From positions 83,514,001 to 83,578,000 of the forward strand of contig OZ024744.1 of NCBI GenBank assembly GCA_964016885.1: a DNA stretch of 64,000 nucleotides, in the 5' to 3' direction. Both the position numbers and the translations under genes were made by a program. Below the pieces are notes generated by a model, which made no database searches, was not told where the DNA came from, and saw only the letters and a program-made list of their open reading frames with translations. This stretch comes from Eledone cirrhosa (lineage: Eukaryota). Of this stretch, positions 61,387 through 64,000 are shown in pieces; the stretch's first letter is position 1; each line of letters starts with the position of its first letter.

Positions 61387-62432
61387 CTAGCTGGTCCGTC
61401 CGGCTGGCGCTCGGCTGAGTGTACTGGCATTTTATCTTTTCAGGATTCCCCCCTCCACTTCAGTGCAAATATACCGCACGACCTATCAAACCAGCGTGTG
61501 TGGGGGGTTAACGTGCTCTGATGTTGGGTTTGAATAGTTTTTAGGATTCCCCAGTTCAGCAGCCAGTACGTTAAAGAAAATTGATAGTTACAACAATAAA
61601 GGCTGAACAGAGAACACATTTTTTAACAAACTTTACAATAATTTATACAACCATATGGAAATTCCAAGTAACAGAAAATACATAAATTGAGTGTGTGTGT
61701 GTGTGTGTGTGCGTGTGTTGTTGCCTTGTTCCTCTGTATTGGTAGTGTAGTATGTTCGTATGGTGGAATGCTTCTGTGTGTGTGTGTGTTGCTGTCTCGC
61801 TTGTGTGTGTGTGTGTGCGTGTGTTGCTGCTTCGTCTGTTAACTTAACAGCAAAGATGAAGAGATTATTTAGCGAGCTCACCCTAGAGCATCCTACATAC
61901 AATTGACCATGGGAGAAGCATGGTTTTTCCCAGATGAAGGCCAGCCACTTTTAGGGTTTGACCCTGAGTCTTGTTGATGGTAATCGCGAAGTTTAGTCTC
62001 TCTGTTGCTCTAGTAACATTTTTTCTTCTGGAAAATCTGATCTTGCGGCCAGGCTGGGACTTTTTGGGTGGCATATCGGCAGTAACAATGACGATAAGCC
62101 GTCTGTGGATTTGTGAAATAAATACGTTTGTTTATATTTTGTTTTTGAGTATGCAAAAATATCTTTACACGAATATATAATTATATAAACAGATTAAAAT
62201 TTAAGAAAACTCGCTGCTTTCAACCTTAACAGGATCTTCTGAAACTAAAAAAATCAACCTGTGAACGCAGAAGTAAATATTTCGAAAAACGTTACAACCG
62301 AAGGAAAACAGGAAGACGATACTTTGCTTCGTGAAGCCAGACAGATATTATAAGTGTGCGACGTTATATTTATGTATCTCATGCAGACAGCCAGACATGC
62401 AGAGACATATTATAGCTATGTATCTATCTAAA
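61387..62432 (-). mobile_element. Chimeric Helitron remnant with Pif1-helicase fragment
   Basis: 3' CTAG at 61387 with GC hairpin; 61880-62010 on minus encodes FAITINKTQGQTLKVAGLHL/CFSHGQLYVGCSRV; 62258-62430 matches the Helitron at 7123-7753. Confidence 0.8.
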
Positions 62433-62622
62433 AAAACAGATTAAAAAAGACTTCCGGTTATTAAAAATAACCTGAAGTCTTCACATTTGAAAATTTTAAA
62501 GAAGTGAATATTTAAATAAACGATAAAATATCTTTAATCATTTAACGAAATTTAGAAGACAAAAATACCCTCACTTTCTTACTTGGAAAAAGTGTATATG
62601 TTCTCTATATATATGTATGTGT

Positions 62623-62655
<33 letters not shown>

Positions 62656-62656
62656 T

Positions 62657-62770
<114 letters not shown>

Positions 62771-64000
62771 GTGGGTCTGTATCGAAAGAAATGTTCCGGC
62801 GTTTTCTCTCACAGACATGCCAGTTCTATGATAGAACGCAGTGGGAGGTCATCGACCTTTGCTAAAAATATAACTAGCATTCGGTAAATGGCCTGGATCG
62901 GGAACAAGGAGAGAATTTTCTGGAATCATAAAAACGCACAGTTTCCTCTGGTCTCCGCCTGGAGACGCATTATGTCTACCCATAAAGCCACTAGCAAGAT
63001 GTAGTCCTTGGCTAAAAATCTCCATGGCTTCATGTGAGTAGGGCCACAAGAAAAAACAGCCAGCCACTTCTAGAAGGTAAGTTACCTTGTATCGCCTCAC
63101 ACACGCATTCATCATACCCAGGCAATACATCTCAGGCACTTTCTCGGCATACATACTTTCTCCTTGTTTGTCGTTCATATCTTTTGACTATAACAAAATG
63201 TAAATTCAAGTATTTCCGTCGTGAAATGCAAGTTAATAAATAAAATGATACATAAATGTAGCGGGAGTTTTCGTTCTTCTCCTATAACCCTTATGGTGTG
63301 ATCAGGGAAAATCTCTTTCCCCACGATATCAAACGCATTCGCTTTCTAAAGATGCACACACTGGTTAAATATCACTATCTCCAAACAATACAAATTATCA
63401 TCATCATTCACGCTTCTAATTCGGCAAGAACTTCAAAACAATCACCACATGCAAACGTCCCATTAAATATCTATATATCTATATATATAAGGTTAGCATT
63501 TCTTTGTTTATTTTTTATATATGAATATTGATTGTTCCTTATATCTCATTCTGTTATTTTGCCCGAGAAAATATCTGTGTGTGTCATCAAATGTTGTACA
63601 CACATAGATATTTATTCAATTTCCAATTGAGTTCTTAGCACGTGGCCTGAATTCCTTTCAGAGTTCATTGTCACGCGCATGTATTGTTTTTTTTTGGCGG
63701 TAATTCACTTCCTCATTTTTTTAATCAGTTCGAGCACTTCTTTCAGAACTGCTGTACTGGCTACCTGACAGATACCTCAGGCACAGAAAGTGATTATCGC
63801 TAAATGCTGATGTTGGTTAGATTATCAATATTAGTATTATTGGGGCACCCACTGATGAATTATAGGAGCACACTTGAATATATATCTATTGATGGTATAC
63901 AAGCTCCTACATAAATTGGTATAATTTCACCCAAATTGTAGGAGTCCTATAATGAAACGAGACGTCCGTCTGGGAAGAGATATATTAGATATGTCTCATT

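Overview
AT-rich, microsatellite-saturated eukaryotic DNA that is intronic or intergenic. The SINE and repeat profile suggests an octopus/coleoid cephalopod (inference). Nearly all ORFs in the supplied track are microsatellite artefacts and no intact gene is visible; there is one plausible host terminal exon at 42757-42953. Recognisable content is transposon-derived: about 15 copies of a tRNA-derived Nin-domain-type SINE, a second SINE family, RTE, R4/Dong-like and CRE-like LINE relics, two Helitrons, mariner and pogo MITEs, and three Penelope-like (GIY-YIG) fragments. The striking unexplained layer is a set of more than a dozen short (0.13-0.6 kb) fold-back palindromes in (TA)n tracts, from several unrelated sequence families. 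Most carry a minimal type-I hammerhead ribozyme or half of one (CUGANGA...GAAA-palindromic stem III-UH) on each arm, plus a one-sided tail. Copy-specific mutations are mirrored on both arms, and several fold-back points fall in or at the ribozyme core. This points to a Penelope-driven, (TA)n-associated system of non-coding hairpin 'ribozyme minielements' made by self-primed fold-back synthesis.
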